DNA from: Oikopleura dioica
Taxonomy: Eukaryota; Animalia; Chordata
DNA length: 64,000 nucleotides
Direction of reading: 5' to 3'
Assembly (NCBI GenBank): GCA_907165135.1
Contig: OU015570.1
Location: 2,191,929-2,255,928, forward strand
Made by a program: the position numbers and the translations under genes. Position 1 is the first letter of the stretch. Every line of letters begins with the position of its first letter. The notes under the pieces were generated by a model. The model saw only the letters and a program-made list of their open reading frames with translations, was not told the DNA's origin and did not search any database. This document shows positions 23,729 through 36,621 of the stretch, in pieces.

Positions 23729-24630
23729 CAGGGGTCTGGATTCGCTTTGCGAATTCGCTCATGAGCGAAGCGAAGCGAAGCGAAACGAATTCGCTTCGCT
23801 TCGCTTTCGCTTTTGTTATTTCAATTCGCTTCGCTTCGCTTTCGCTTTTTACCAAAAATTGCTTAGCTTTAGTTTAAACTCAAGTGGAAATTTTGCTGAA
23901 TGAGCTAAGTTGGCACTTGTAAAAGCTGAGCTCAGAGAAGTTTTACTGTTTTTAAAGTAGACAATATTCTGAGCTGCGCTGAGCTGAGCTGTCCTTCACA
24001 AAAAAATCATTGAGCTGAGCTGACTCTTCAAATTCATTCAGTTAATTTGAGCAAGGCAGTCAATATTAAAAAATGATTGACCTGAGCTGAGCCACACAGC
24101 CTCTTCAGCTCACTAATCTCAGAAAATTTGCAATTTGAAAAATCGGAGAGGGAGTCCGAATGGAGTGGTCTCCATTTTCCTGAGTCGCCGTTTGCCCAAG
24201 ATCTCTGTATGTCCAACTTGAGGAATCGGCGAATTGGACAAACGGCGATGTATTATAATTTAAATCGATTGATCTTATAACTTCATATATTGGCCTCCCG
24301 ACAATCAATTTTGACATCACCATCTTCAATCCCGGCTTCAAAAATTTCGATCCTTGCTTTTCAGACGTCAATCAATCTTGGCATCTCCAGCACCGATCCG
24401 GGCGTCACTAATAAAAATGAAACCATACATAAAATGGACACTTTTTCAAAGGTTAAATATTTCCGGAAAATTTTCGCATTTTTTCGCTTTTTAGAAAAAT
24501 TTTTCGCTTCGCTTCGCTTTCGCTCACGAAATTTTCATTCGCTTCGCTTCGCTTTCGCTTTTAATTTTTGAAAAATTTTCGCTTTCGCTTCGCTTTCGCT
24601 TTTCATTTTTGGCCAAAATCCAGACCCCTG
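23729..24630 (+). mobile_element. CAGGGGTCTGG-TIR MITE with (TTCGC)n subterminal repeats and 7-bp TSD
   Basis: CTTGGGT-CAGGGGTCTGG...CCAGACCCCTG-CTTGGGT. Nearly identical to 49760..50661. Empty site at about 33961-33975. Confidence 0.9.
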
Positions 24631-25039
24631 CTTGGGTAGTATGTAAGCAAGTGCTCATCACCTACACACTACCTAGGGGAAATATAAATGAGCTTATTCT
24701 AGGGATGAAGGGCGGGTGAGAATTTTGAGAGTTGCATAATTCTCGGCTTCGCGAGTTTGGATACTCTCAAAATTCTCTTATCTTTTCCCCTAAGAATATT
24801 AAAGCCCTTGGCTATAATTTTCGGAACTGCTTTGCGTGAGTACCGGACAGCCGCTTAAATGACTCGCTCTCTCACGCCCGTATCACCTCCCAATTTTTTT
24901 CTGGGTCATGTCGTCTCCCTGGCTGCTTATCCGAGTCTACTAGCGCTTGAACTGATAATCCGAATCCTATATTACGAAGCAAAAACAGTAGGAAAACCAC
25001 TACATATTTTCCCCTTTTCATTTTTGAAGCGAAGCGTCC

Positions 25040-27330
25040 GTTAAGCGTAGAAATTTTTATTGTTCTTTAATTACATTGTAAGTCCCAAACATTTTCTGGT
25101 AGAGAATTGTGCTGGATGGAGTTTACGACTTGTAGAGATTCCGAATGTGAAATTTCTGCATTATTGATTCGATAAGTCGAGTTATTGTGAGCAAGATCAT
25201 TTTTGAAAATTTTGATGTGAGTCCTCGCGTATCTGAGCTGGTCGGAAAACGATTTTGAATCGGCTTCTAGAAATTTGAAAGCGATCCTTGAGGTTTAGTA
25301 TCGTTTTTCATAGATTCTTTGAAATTGTTTCATCAATTCGATGCGAGTGTTTTTATCGACCAAAAGCTGATAGAGAATTGCTGTCTTGATTGACTGTCAT
25401 GATTTTCAAAAAGCGATTCCTGAAATTAGTTCATATCAAAGTGAAAGTGATCTTTAAGGGACTTAACTTCGTTTTTCAATTCTTGCAAAAAATCGAGCAG
25501 TGACTGCAAGTTTTCTTTCGAAATTGTATTCGGTAAGAAGTGAATTGGAATAGTGACATCAAAGAGAGCAGAAATGATAAAGCGTTGAATAAGCCGCTTT
25601 GGAGGAGCGTCGGTGAGCAGGAAGAAGAAAGGTCATTTTCGCGCTTTTCTCTTCTTTAAAATGAGTTTGGGACCAACCAGTACTCCTTTCAGAACATATT
25701 TTTCTGAGGCTAGAATACGCCATCGAGTGGATCTTCCAGACGTTGTGAGGTCATTCCGATGTCCTCTAGTGAATTTTCGTGACCAGTGAGAAGTAGTCAA
25801 AGTCGTGAGTTGGGCCTTTCGTGATGGATATTCTCTGTCTAATTCTTTCCCCTTTTTATTTTTGGGCGAATGATCTTCACGAGCAGGAGATCGTCAATGA
25901 GCGCCAAGTGTTGAGTTTATGATCATCACGAGCAGGTGATCTTTCAATGTGTACCTGTGATCGGAGCAGTAATCTAGTAGAACTGAGCAGAGATTACAAT
26001 AAGAACTAACAGCGAGTTCTTATTCGAAGAGAGTGTGACACAATGAGCGATAGAAAATTGTGAACAGAGCTATGAGATTGTGAATACAGTTTTTTATGGA
26101 ATTTGTGGACATCAAATTTGTGGACATTTTTCAGATTATAAGGGGTTTTCTTGGGACATATTCAAAAAAAGAGGGTATCAACTTTATGGACATTTTTTCT
26201 CAATTGATATCTTTTACTTCTAAATTTATGGTCTTACTTTCGTAATTGAAGCCAATTTTACCTGCAAAGAACTGTTTTTCGTCAAAAATCATAATTTTTG
26301 TTTAGATTTACGTCTTTAGATTCAATCTTGTATTCTTTTTCTCATTATTTTTTGAGAAAAATCATCAAATTTTCTTTCTAGGAAAAAATTTAAACAAGTT
26401 CGTTGGGACATTTTTTTCGAGGCTCTTTATCAAATTTGTGGACATTTTTCAGAAAACTAGGGGACAAAAAATGTCCACAAATTCCATAAATAACTGTAAT
26501 TTGCTTGTGATTATAATATTTAAGCAAATGTGAATAACAAATACCCTCTTGTGATAAATTTAGAAGCAAATGAGCGATATTGCTGCCAATAAAAAAAAAA
26601 TTAAAACTTTTAGGCATGTGATTATAATGTAGAGCAATAGAGCGAAATTGCTGTGAACAGAACGATAGACTACTTAAGCGAGATTAAGTTCGTGAAAGTA
26701 TTGTTATAGGGATTATATGGCCTACGAGCAGGGCGTGAATAAGAATTGATAAAGAGTACTTACCCTATTCTGAAAAATTTGTAAGCTATTGAGCGAAGCT
26801 AAGAGCGGAACTTGTGAGTTAAATGCCTTAGTATTCATAGATGGACTTTCTGTGTGTGATTTGGGCAACTGCACCAATTGCCAAATGAGGCTGGACCAAA
26901 GTTCGGAAAAGAGGCCAATTAATAAGTAAATTAGCTGGGTCATGAGAACGAAAATCCACAGAGGCCTGCATGTAAACTTCGTAATAACGATCTGGTTGAG
27001 CATTACCAGTAAGCTGGATTCCCATTTGAGCTTGATCGGGGGAGTTAGTATTCTAGTGAGCCAATTTCCAGTTGTGCATTGAATCGTTGAAGTTGTGAGG
27101 AACCAATTAAACAATTGACATCGATGTTGTGTGAGCAGGGCTTTAGACTACAGTGTGAGCGAGCAATTCAAATATGAGTGAACGGTGGCTAGATATTGGG
27201 AACGCATATCTGATCACCACCACGTCGTGAAAATTTGACGATTTGTGAGCGAGATAGTCGAGCAGCTATCTGTGAATAAGGTCGAGTTATGAGCAAAACT
27301 TCTAGACCATTATACGGATTAGTCGAGCAG
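25040..27330 (-). pseudogene. Degraded coding region downstream of pol, possibly env-like, of the minus-strand Ty3/gypsy element
   Basis: Frameshifted coding-like text on the pol strand (ORFs 26722..27114 and 26828..27025, plus a helical stretch near 25400-25640). No diagnostic motif; the call rests on position. Confidence 0.3.
26087..26496 (-). mobile_element. Tc1/mariner-type MITE, inverted copy of 7006..7414
   Basis: TA-CAG...CTG-TA, same internal sequence reverse-complemented. Confidence 0.9.
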
Positions 27331-30300
27331 CTAATCACTTGACAACACTATCGTCGTGAGCGGAGACGATCTTTCCAAACGTTGTCGTGAGCTGAGTCAT
27401 CTCTATCACTTGGCTCTTTATGATCTTTATGACTCGTTAACATCTTTTTATTCTTCTGAGCAGGAATGATCTCATCTCTATCAACAAGGAGCGGTTGATC
27501 TTTATGAGAGCTTATTTTTGACTTTTCATTCTTCTGAGCAGGAATGATCTCATCTCTATCAACAAGGAGCGGTTGATCTTTATGAAAGTTAACTTTAGAC
27601 ATATTCTTAACTTCGTCTTTTAGGAATTTCCCTTGTAATTCGGCCACGTCATCTTCCTTGATAAATTCTGTTCTGTTTAAGGCAGTCTTTCGTTTGAGCG
27701 GTCGAATCAGACTGATATGACGCCGATATTCTTTCTTCGTATATGGACATTTGATTATGCAGCTGTCCTTAGATAATCGTCGGTGAACTTTGAATGGACC
27801 TGACCAGTGAATTCCAAGTTTTCCAGAGTATAAGTCTTGTTTCCAACAGAGTACGGAAGTGCCAATTTCGAGAACAGGGCAATCACTTTTGTCTCTTTGA
27901 AGGAGTTTTTGGTATCTTTGAACTTGGAAGTTAAGTATCGCAGGATGGAGTTTCTTCATGTATTCATTCAGAGCAGTAATGAATGGTTTGGAGTTTTCAG
28001 CAACTGGATCTTTGAGCGTAAATGGAATGTGAAATTGCCTCCCGTAGACAGCTTCGTTGCTTGAGATTCCATCGAGACTTCCTTTTGGCATGTTATTTAT
28101 GTAGTACTGAGCAAACGGCCAGTTATCAGACCATGAGCGGTTTGTTGCGAGTAGGACCTTGAGTTTTTGGTGTAGGTCGCGATGAGTCCGTTCAACTTTA
28201 CCATTCGCTTTACTGTGATAGGCTGTAGTAGTTGAGTGACGAATTTCGAATCGCTGGAGAATCGCTCTTGTTTTTGGTCCAAACTCACCGCCATTATCAG
28301 AAACGCAATTCTGAGAGATGCCATGACGCAGTATGAGTTTGAGGAAGGCTTATGCCACTAAGTTATCAGTTTTATTCGAAAGTGGTTCGCCATCCAAATA
28401 TCCAGTTAAACTATCGACATACGTGAGCAGGTATCGTTTTCCATTGCGATCAGTTCGTCCATAATCGACGAGATATATGAATACTTTTTCGAAGGGTAAT
28501 TGAGCAAAAATTCTGTCCTTAATGAGCGATGGGCGAAGTTGTTTGAGTGGTTTAAGTCGGATGCATGTTTCACACGAGCTGGTGATCGCTCTGACTTTTG
28601 TTGAACATTACTGATGAAAAATCTTGTGAGCATTTGCACTAGCTGTTGACTTCCAGCGTGAGCGGTTATTGTGTGCAAGTATTGTATAAATTCATCAGCA
28701 AGCAAACTTGGGAGAACAAGTCGATCACGAGAATAGAGCACATTGTCCTTGATCGTGAATCGCTTCTGATAAGGATTTATTTGCGATTTGACAATTAAAT
28801 TTCTCGTGTCCGAGCAGGCATTCTGAGCAGTTGCCATTTCTTCTGACGAAAATGAGCGATCTTCGAAAGAGAATATAACATCATCTTGTGAAAGAGCGTG
28901 AGCAGCAAATGTTGTGTCAGCGACATCGAAGTAGTCTTCTGACTCTCTTTTTAGATCAACGGACTTTGATTTCGGTAATCTGCTGAAGAAGTCGGCAGAT
29001 GCTATTTCCGGACGTGATCCACTTTTATGTATGATGTTGAAATTAAATGATAGCAGGTAGTGATGAACATTCACTAATTTTATATCCAATTTTGATTGAA
29101 CTGACAGAGCAGATGTTTATGATCCACATAAACATCGAATTCAGTGTTTATTAGGTAGTGTTCAAAGAATTGAATACGCATTGGTCTTTTGAGATCGGGA
29201 CCCTGGAGAGCTTTTGAGAAGTATCCGACAGTTGTGAATTGGTCATTTTCAACTTGATAAAGAGTTCCACCAACAGCTTGACCGGAAGAGTCAGTGACGA
29301 GTATGAGTTTACTTCCGGGCTTGAAATGAGCAAGTGTCGGTTCCTTAAGAAGTTCCATTTTAACCTTGTCGAATGCTTCTTGATGAGTAGGTGTCCATTC
29401 TTATACGGCTTTGGCAGATGTAAGACGATAGAGAGGTGCCAAAATTTCACTTCCTCGGTGAACATATTTTAAGTTGAAGGCAAGCATTCCAAGAAGTCTT
29501 TTAAGTTCAGCTTTGTCTTCTGGTGGCATCATATTTTTCACGGCTTCAAGATGCTTTTAAAGGGTACTTCCTTCGATTTCCCCGACTTTTGCCTTGAATT
29601 ACTCTGAGCCCATCAATGCTAAAGCTTACGTTATGGGGTCTTTATGTAGATCTAACTTAGCTCTATAATCTGTCAGATCCGTTTTATAAATCTTCAGCAA
29701 AAAGTCGGCTGAATTTTAGCGCAAAGTCATCAACTATTCGAAAATAGCCTATGTTTACGGTCGAATGGCTCGGAAACTAGTCTGATAACCTACCCTGATT
29801 TTATGCTAGAATAAAAGAATGAGCTCTCAACTTTGATCTGTTAGAAGGATTTTTGCATTGATTAAACTTTTCATTAAGAAAATGGTATTTTTCCTAAACA
29901 TACTCGACGGGGGCATGAAAAGATGCATATTTACGCATCATATCATTTTTAAATTTTCAGAAACATTTTTGGGTACCGTTATCTCAAAATTTTTTAATTA
30001 AAAACTCAATATTTATTTGCTCAACAAAGAAAGAAGATCAAAAATGATTTAAAAAATTTCAACCCTCTAGATGGCGGTCCTTATGGCTTAAGGATAAATT
30101 GTGGATCAATTTCGAGGGATTTTTTTTTTTGCCTTAAGGGCATTTCGTCATTTCCCACGTGATTTTGAACTGTCGACGTAATGAAAAAAAATGATCCTCA
30201 GGTCACGAGGATCAATTTCATGTATTGTCGAAGGTAGTACCGTTAACTTGAGGGCCGTAAGGGGTTTGATGCCAGCTGCAGTGATTCGGTGACCAATAAA

Positions 30301-30515
30301 GTCAAGTTCTTCACTTGCAAGCTTACACTTCATTGCACTAAGGATAAGTCCATAATCCAAGCATGTTTCGAAGACATATTCTAATGAGCATAAATGATCT
30401 TTCCACTTAGAGTCAATGATAATCAAATCATCAAGATAGAGGATGATTGATGGATGGTTCATGAGTTTCTTCATGATTCGGCTGAATGCTGCAGGAGCGT
30501 TGCACGATCCATAAA

Positions 30516-31042
30516 TAGGGTCCGTACACAAAAATTCTAACTTTTTTGTTTCAAAAGCAAATCCTTTGAGAGTTTCAGGGGTAATTGATATGCCTTTGAA
30601 GATTGTAAAAACATAAATTTACGAAAAATACAAAAAAAGAATTGATGAAATAATCGCATAAATAGGCTGAAAAATACTGTTGCATTAAAATTTCAAAAGA
30701 ATTAACTACACTAGTACATTTTTAGATAGCTATTTTTATTTTAATCTTCAAGAAAACAGTTTGAACACCGTCTGCAACATGCTCATTTTAAGAAAAGAAG
30801 ATCAAAATTCTGCCTTCTTGCGCTGCGCAGGGCGCGCAGTGAGTCACTTTCCTTATTTGGGAGTCGTAGGGTGGCCGCAGCGCAACGACGCAATAAGAAA
30901 AAATTCCATTTTCATAGAAATATAAATTCTAATAAAAACTAAGTTTTTTGTAACAAAAGATAAATAGAAAATTAAAAAAAAAGATTTAAAAAAAAAGAAA
31001 GGATAAGTATTTCGGGTACTTAATTTTTGTGTACGGACCCTA
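30516..31042. mobile_element. hAT-type MITE with 8-bp TSD, inserted in RT
   Basis: TCCATAAA-TAGGGTCCGTACACAAAA...TTGTGTACGGACCCTA-TCCATAAA. Removal restores RMLYGSCNAP. A related end lies at about 10200-10222. Confidence 0.9.
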
Positions 31043-31108
31043 TCCATAAAGCATCCGGTTGCATTAAAAGTGCTGATTAAAATAACTGAATGCCATTTTG
31101 TGGGGGGT

Positions 31109-31733
31109 AGGAGAATGGCGTTTCTAAAATTACGAAAGGTTCTTTAATTAAGAAACTGTTCCTAAAATAAGGAACGCCATTCTCCGAAAATTTCTTCATC
31201 TCATAAATAGGAAAGGAACCGTTCCTAAAAAAATTTTCTAGAGGTCCTATTTTCATGTTCATTTTTCATTTTCTTTGCCTCAAAAATGAGCGAAAACCGA
31301 TTACGGTTGCCTAAAAGTCGATAATCTGTTTTACTCTAACCCTTTTTTGATGAGAATCATATAAACAATGCTTTGAAAATCATGAAACTGTTAATTCCTA
31401 ACCTTTCTTTATGAGAATTCAAGTCTACTAAAAATTTTTTTGCATTGAGTCCATCTGCTTGCCGCCAAAAACAAAATATGCGCTCCGCACCTGTTTTTAG
31501 CAAATTCAAGAATTTGTTTGCTTTTTGAATGAGAAAAAGAGAGACTATTGCTTCCCCTTACCCTAACCTTACCCCTAACCCTTACCCAAATTTTAGGAAC
31601 GGTTTCTAATTTAAGGAACGCCATTCTCCGCTTTTTCGTTTAAGATCTTCAGCAACGGTTCCAAAAAAATTAGGAGCGGTTCCTTAAATTAAGGAACAGT
31701 TCTTAAAAAGAATTTGAGGAACGCCATTCTCTC
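31109..31733. mobile_element. MITE with aaggaacg subterminal repeats and a CCCTAA-like tract, inserted in RT
   Basis: TIR gagaatggcgtt / aacgccattctc; RT motifs resume on both sides. Confidence 0.65.
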
Positions 31734-32353
31734 ATCTTCATTTTGTGCGCATCAGACTCGTTGATTTAGACTTGCCAATATCCCTTGTGAAAATCGACTG
31801 AACTTATGAAGCACTCTTTACCACTTGTGAATGGTTCCCCTATTGCAGTGAAAACAGTCTGCATGTGAGCGAGTGGGAATCGATCCTCCTCAAGAAGTGA
31901 GTTTATCCCTCGTGCATCCAGGCTGATTCTGATTGTATTATCACCTTTTCGAAGGATAATAAGTGGAATATTAAATGGTGATTGAGTTTCTTGAATAATT
32001 TTGAGTTGCTTCCATTTTTCGATTTCTTCTTGAACTTGCGCTTGTTAATGGATCGGAATGGGCCTTGGAGGCTGGTGAGAGGATTTTGTTTCATCGAAGA
32101 GCGGAAGTGTATATCGAAATCCAAAAAGTCTGCCAAGATCATCGCTATCCATATTGAAGCTTAGCCTGTACTTGTGAATGAGTTTATCTAATTGAGCTTT
32201 TTGTCGAGGAGTCGATGAGCCGTATGATTTCTGGAAAGAAGTTTTTCTTCTGAGCGAGTTTAGATCTTCTTTCAATGAATTCCTGTTAGAAGTAAGTCTG
32301 ATGAGTAGGGATCAATTGTTGGTACGGTTTTGTTTTGGACTGTGATTGAGTTA

Positions 32354-33125
32354 CAGTGATAACCCATTTTAAGGCCGGCCCTTTTAAGGCCACTTTTTCG
32401 GAAAATCCCCAAAATCTGTCATCCTCAAAAAATCCATTTTAAGGCCACTTTCTTTCAATTTTTATTCAATATCTTTAAGTTGCAGTGTCATTTTAAAAAA
32501 TTTATATTATTCGCCTGCGGGATATCTTGTGTTTTATTCAGAGTTGGTAAAAAATGATACTTTTTATTCCTCTTTTTTGGTACTCTTTGATGATTTTTTC
32601 TCGAATTTTTTAATTGACGATGATTTCTTACGGTCTTCTTTAAATTTTCACTTAGATTTGAGTCCGAGAGTTACAATCTATCATTATATAGGCGTGTATA
32701 AAAACGCAGACAAATTTACAGACCATTTTTCTATCGAAAAAGCTCAGTAATTGTCTTCTTCACGTCACTATTCTTTGACGTCTTCGCTAGAATCTCTTCA
32801 TATCTTTTTTCTTAGCATTTGTCATGTTTATATTTTTTTCAGACGTGTTTTACGAATATTATTTTTGAAATAATGAAAAAAAGAATCACGTTGAGTTCAA
32901 TTCAAGAGACACATTTGGAAAAAGTCCATGAATCATGGACCATGATTTATACTTTCTTCGAGCGAAAAAAATATGCGATAACCCTATAACCCTCATTCAT
33001 CATTTTTTATCCCAAGAATGAAAAAAATTTGTTGTCATCCGACTCGAAACAAAGAATATCCAATTTAAGGCCACTTTTGAAATTCGCTGTCATCCGAAAA
33101 TCGGCCTTAAAATGGGTTTTCACTG
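32354..33125 (+). mobile_element. TA-flanked Tc1/mariner-type MITE (ttttaaggcc family)
   Basis: TA-CAGTGATAACCCATTTTAAGGCCG...CGGCCTTAAAATGGGTTTTCACTG-TA, lying between protease and RT. Relatives at 43278, 52121 and 63583. Confidence 0.85.
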
Positions 33126-33858
33126 TATCTCCTATCGTGATGATTTTGAGCGTGTCCATACCAAGAGTAATTGGACATGATAAGTTCTGAACTATCAGCG
33201 GGTTCAGTTTCAGCTTGAGCGGTGCTGATGATTACTCAAGTGTGGCCTCAACAAGTGAATCGAGCGTCTTCACTGTTACGAATTTTAGAATTCGCACACT
33301 TAAGAGTGATATTTGACGGTTTTTGATGGATGGATGCAGGAAGAAAGGCGAGAACATCTGAGCGGATGCATAATCTTCTGCAACCAAAATCAATGAGAGC
33401 GGGTAATCGGAGTCCATTAAACAAGATTTTGACATATTTAAGGCTACGGGTATCGATCAGGCTACGTTTGAGGCCGTATTCCTGACAACATGTAAATGGT
33501 GGATGGTTTCTAATCATTTTCAGATAAAGAACTATCCTAGATCTTAATTTTGTCAGAAGGAAATTATCTTCAGTGTTGACCTCTCATAATGATTTGATTC
33601 GTAATTTATTTGTGGTACGCGTTTCGGCGACTATTGTGCCTTCATCAGCCCCTAGTACAGATATAAATTTCACAGCTCAGAAAAATGAAAGAATACTCTC
33701 ACCTAGAGTTGGACAATTTCGAATGAGATTGAAAGTTGAAAACAAAAGATGAAAACTCGCTTTCGCGGCAGATGTAATGGAGCGCCAGAGAAAGCGAGTT
33801 TCAAAAAAATGTTCCCGAGTTTGCCTGTTAAAGAAATAAGCAAATTAATTGTAGATCA

Positions 33859-34357
33859 GTATAGTAATCACGCATAACAAGATATGGTAAGAGGAATATT
33901 CCCGAGCACGCGCGATAACTTATACTATGGATGACTCTTAGCAGCCTTAGAGTCTAGGTTATGGCTTGGGTAGTATGTAAGCAAGTGCTCATCACCTACA
34001 CACTACCTAGGGGAAATATAAATGAGCTTATTCTAGGGATGGAGGGCGGGTGAGAATTTCGAGAGTTGCATAATTCTCGGCTTCGCGAGTTTGGATACTC
34101 TCAAAATTCTCTTAACTTTTCCCCTAAGAATATTATAGCCCTTGGCTATAATTTTCGGAACTGCTTTGCGTGAGTACCGGACAGCCGCTTAAATGACTCG
34201 CTCTCTCACGCCCGTATCACCTCCCAATTGTTTTCTGGGTCATGGCGCTGTCGTCTCCCTGGCTGCTTATCCGAGTCTACTAGCGCTTGAACTGATAATC
34301 CGAGTCCTATATTCGTATAGTGATCACGCATAACTAGATATGGTAAGAGGAATATTC
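33859..34357 (-). mobile_element. B-A-B terminal unit of the tyrosine-recombinase element family
   Basis: A 43-bp direct repeat gtatagt(a/g)atcacgcataac(a/t)agatatggtaagaggaatattc at 33859 and 34315. The first copy is extended into a hairpin ending at 33925. Same layout as 44687..45170. Confidence 0.75.
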
Positions 34358-34367
34358 AAATGACTCA

Positions 34368-35023
34368 TTTGAGCGCCTATAATTCGAGGTGCTCGAATGT
34401 AATGGAAGTCTTTTAGGCCGACGGTACTGAATATATAACGAATGTAACGAAAACTCAAAAACATGTCTTTTTCTCGTTACATTGTCAGTAAAATTCTAGA
34501 GATTTTTTGTTTTTCTAATTTCACCCCCTTAAGTATCCTACAATTTTACCCGCGGAGCGGGCGTTTTCCATCAACCCATCGAATTTCGAGCGGGTATGGA
34601 GAACGAATATGCCATTTTTTATGGTCTTTTTTCTGTATTTTTTGGTCTTTTAGACATTTTTTATCGTTTAAGAAAATATCGCACCCCAAAATCGCTCTTT
34701 ACAAAAAGTTTCTAGACCTTCGGTTACCCTAACTAACCCTAGCCTATCCCCCTCGGGTTAGTTTGTTCCGTCATTTTGCAGGTGCCCCTAACCCTACTCT
34801 TAATTCTGAGCAAATACTAAAGTTTTAATAAATATCTTCGGTAGCCATCGCTTATCTTAGTCTGACCCTTCAAGTGAGTCTTTTTGTTAAGGAACGTACT
34901 TTCTCTTGCCCTTATCAGAAAACTTTTGACGCAGAAGACTATTATTATAAACCTTTAGCTCGAATTTTAGCTGCTCAAAATACGCCCATTGCATTCGAGC
35001 ACCTCGAATTATAAGTGCCCAAA
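34368..35023. mobile_element. MITE with internal nested fragments
   Basis: TIR tttgagcgcctataattcgaggtgctcgaatg / cattcgagcacctcgaattataagtgcccaaa. Confidence 0.7.
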
Positions 35024-35146
35024 AGACATTTATAGCCAACTATCTACAAACATTTTAACGGTTGTCCCAATTTCCGAGAACATAACAATTCATATAAAAG
35101 TGATCCAATCACTACAACATTTCAATGATCCTACTACACTCTCCAA

Positions 35147-35698
35147 CAGGGTGGAGAATGTCTTAAAAAAATTCAACGGCACCGGCACGGCACGGCACAC
35201 CAAAAATTCCTGTGCCGCGGCAAGGCACGGCACGGCAAAAAATTTGAGAACGCGTGCCGGGACACGGCACAGCACGGCACGGCACAGTTTTTTCCTTTTT
35301 TTTCACGTAAAAAATACTCAAAAATATTTAAATATAATTAAATTTAATAAATTCGTCTACAACGTTGGTATCGGCCAAGAAATTTCGTGAAAAATTATTT
35401 TCGAAAAATTTGATTTTTCTTTGAAATCTGAATAACAACCATAATTTGAATTAAAACCCTGATAAATTGTATTTTAAGAGTTAATGGGGGTGGGTGGGGT
35501 TTGGGAAGTAACTGAAATTGATCACCTCAGAGTTCCCTGACATTGTCAAGCCCCTTAAATTTAAGAATCAAGGAACGGGGCTGCGCTTTACCGTAACCCC
35601 AGTGCCCCGGCACCGTGCCGTGTCCAAACTGAAATTCAGCGAATGGAGCGGCACGTGTCCGTGCCGCAGTGCCGTGCCGTAGACCTTTCCCCACCCTG
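35147..35698. mobile_element. hAT-type MITE with 8-bp TSD, containing one copy of the satellite module
   Basis: CTCTCCAA-CAGGGTGG...CCACCCTG-CTCTCCAA, with cacggcacgg subterminal repeats. 35480-35585 is the reverse complement of one array unit core plus the array 3' flank. Confidence 0.9.
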
Positions 35699-36408
35699 CT
35701 CTCCAATACTAAACGAACAGAAGGACTTTAAAACCTTCAGAACCTTCCTATGACTTTATCGAACACTGATTTTGGGCAGCTTGGCGCTCGATAAAAATCG
35801 CTGTTTTTCTTTCCCTCATGTTAATTATTCAGTTAGCGGTACGCCCGTTTTATCATTAAACGAGGTATTTTGAGAGTATTTCTTTTTATCTTATGCTTTA
35901 ATTAGTACTGGAGATGATTTTAAATATAAATCGAAAACGTTCTAAAACCTATTCTGTAAAAATAACAAAGTAAACATCCGAAAATAAAAGAAGTATTTAA
36001 AAAATAATAGACGCATCTTGCCAACCTTTGTCAGCTGGAATTCATGCACAAACTAAACATATTTACGTCTCCTCCTTGAATGTTGTCTTCTCTAAATTTG
36101 AAGGATTAAAAATCAATCAATTGACAGGTTTGTCTTTTATTTTAATAGATCCAATAGAACTTGTTGCTGAGATCGGAATTTGCTGATATCAAAAGCAAAC
36201 CCCGACCCCATTTTGTAGAGGTTTTGCTGCGAAAAACTACAGTTAGTTTTGGATGAGCATCGTTTATTGAAAAATAAAGGTTGTGTTAGGTGGAAGTAGA
36301 GTTGTGAGTATGAGTAACAGTGTTGAGAAGCAGAGTTATTTATATAGTATTTTGGTTCGCGTGGATGGAACTTCATTCACGCGAATAAAACACAGTTTCA
36401 TTCGGGGT

Positions 36409-36621
36409 CGGACGGTGCCGGTACCAATCAAAAATTGGTACCCGGTACCAAATTTTGGTACCCGGTACCAAAAAATGTTAGGATACCGAGCCAAAATTGA
36501 TTTTAAAAGGTATATTCGGTCAATAAATGGAGTTTCCTCACACTTCAGCCGCGGAGCGGACATTTCTGGTACCGGGTACCAATTTTGGTACCGGGTACCA
36601 ATTTGGTACCGGCACCGTCCG
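36409..36621. mobile_element. Palindromic MITE with ggtaccc repeats
   Basis: cggacggtgccggtaccaa...ttggtaccggcaccgtccg. Confidence 0.75.

Larger units (their letters stand above)
18009..24974 (-). mobile_element. Terminal unit (A+B repeats) of the tyrosine-recombinase element family, split by three nested insertions
   Basis: Removing 18075..20656 (TA TSD), 20672..23686 (8-bp TSD) and 23729..24630 (7-bp TSD) leaves a sequence collinear with 33859..34314. Confidence 0.85.
27348..33500 (-). pseudogene. Ty3/gypsy (Tor-like) pol: protease, RT, RNase H and integrase, fragmented by MITEs
   Basis: Protease ALIDFG...CPITLGMD (33130-33480). RT DRFPL...VDFHKGYWQV, RMLYGSCNAPAAFSR and ILYLDD. RNase H LVTDSS...YFSKAL. 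Integrase zinc-finger region AHAGSQ and C-terminal HWSGPFKV. The domain order PR-RT-RH-IN is Ty3/gypsy. Confidence 0.9.

Noticed and set aside
23553-24571. ORF-track proteins here and their duplicates at 49687-50602, 42573-43158 and 60309-60503
   Set aside because: They are translations of (TTCGC)n and internal repeats of the CAGGGGTCTGG MITE and have no domain content.
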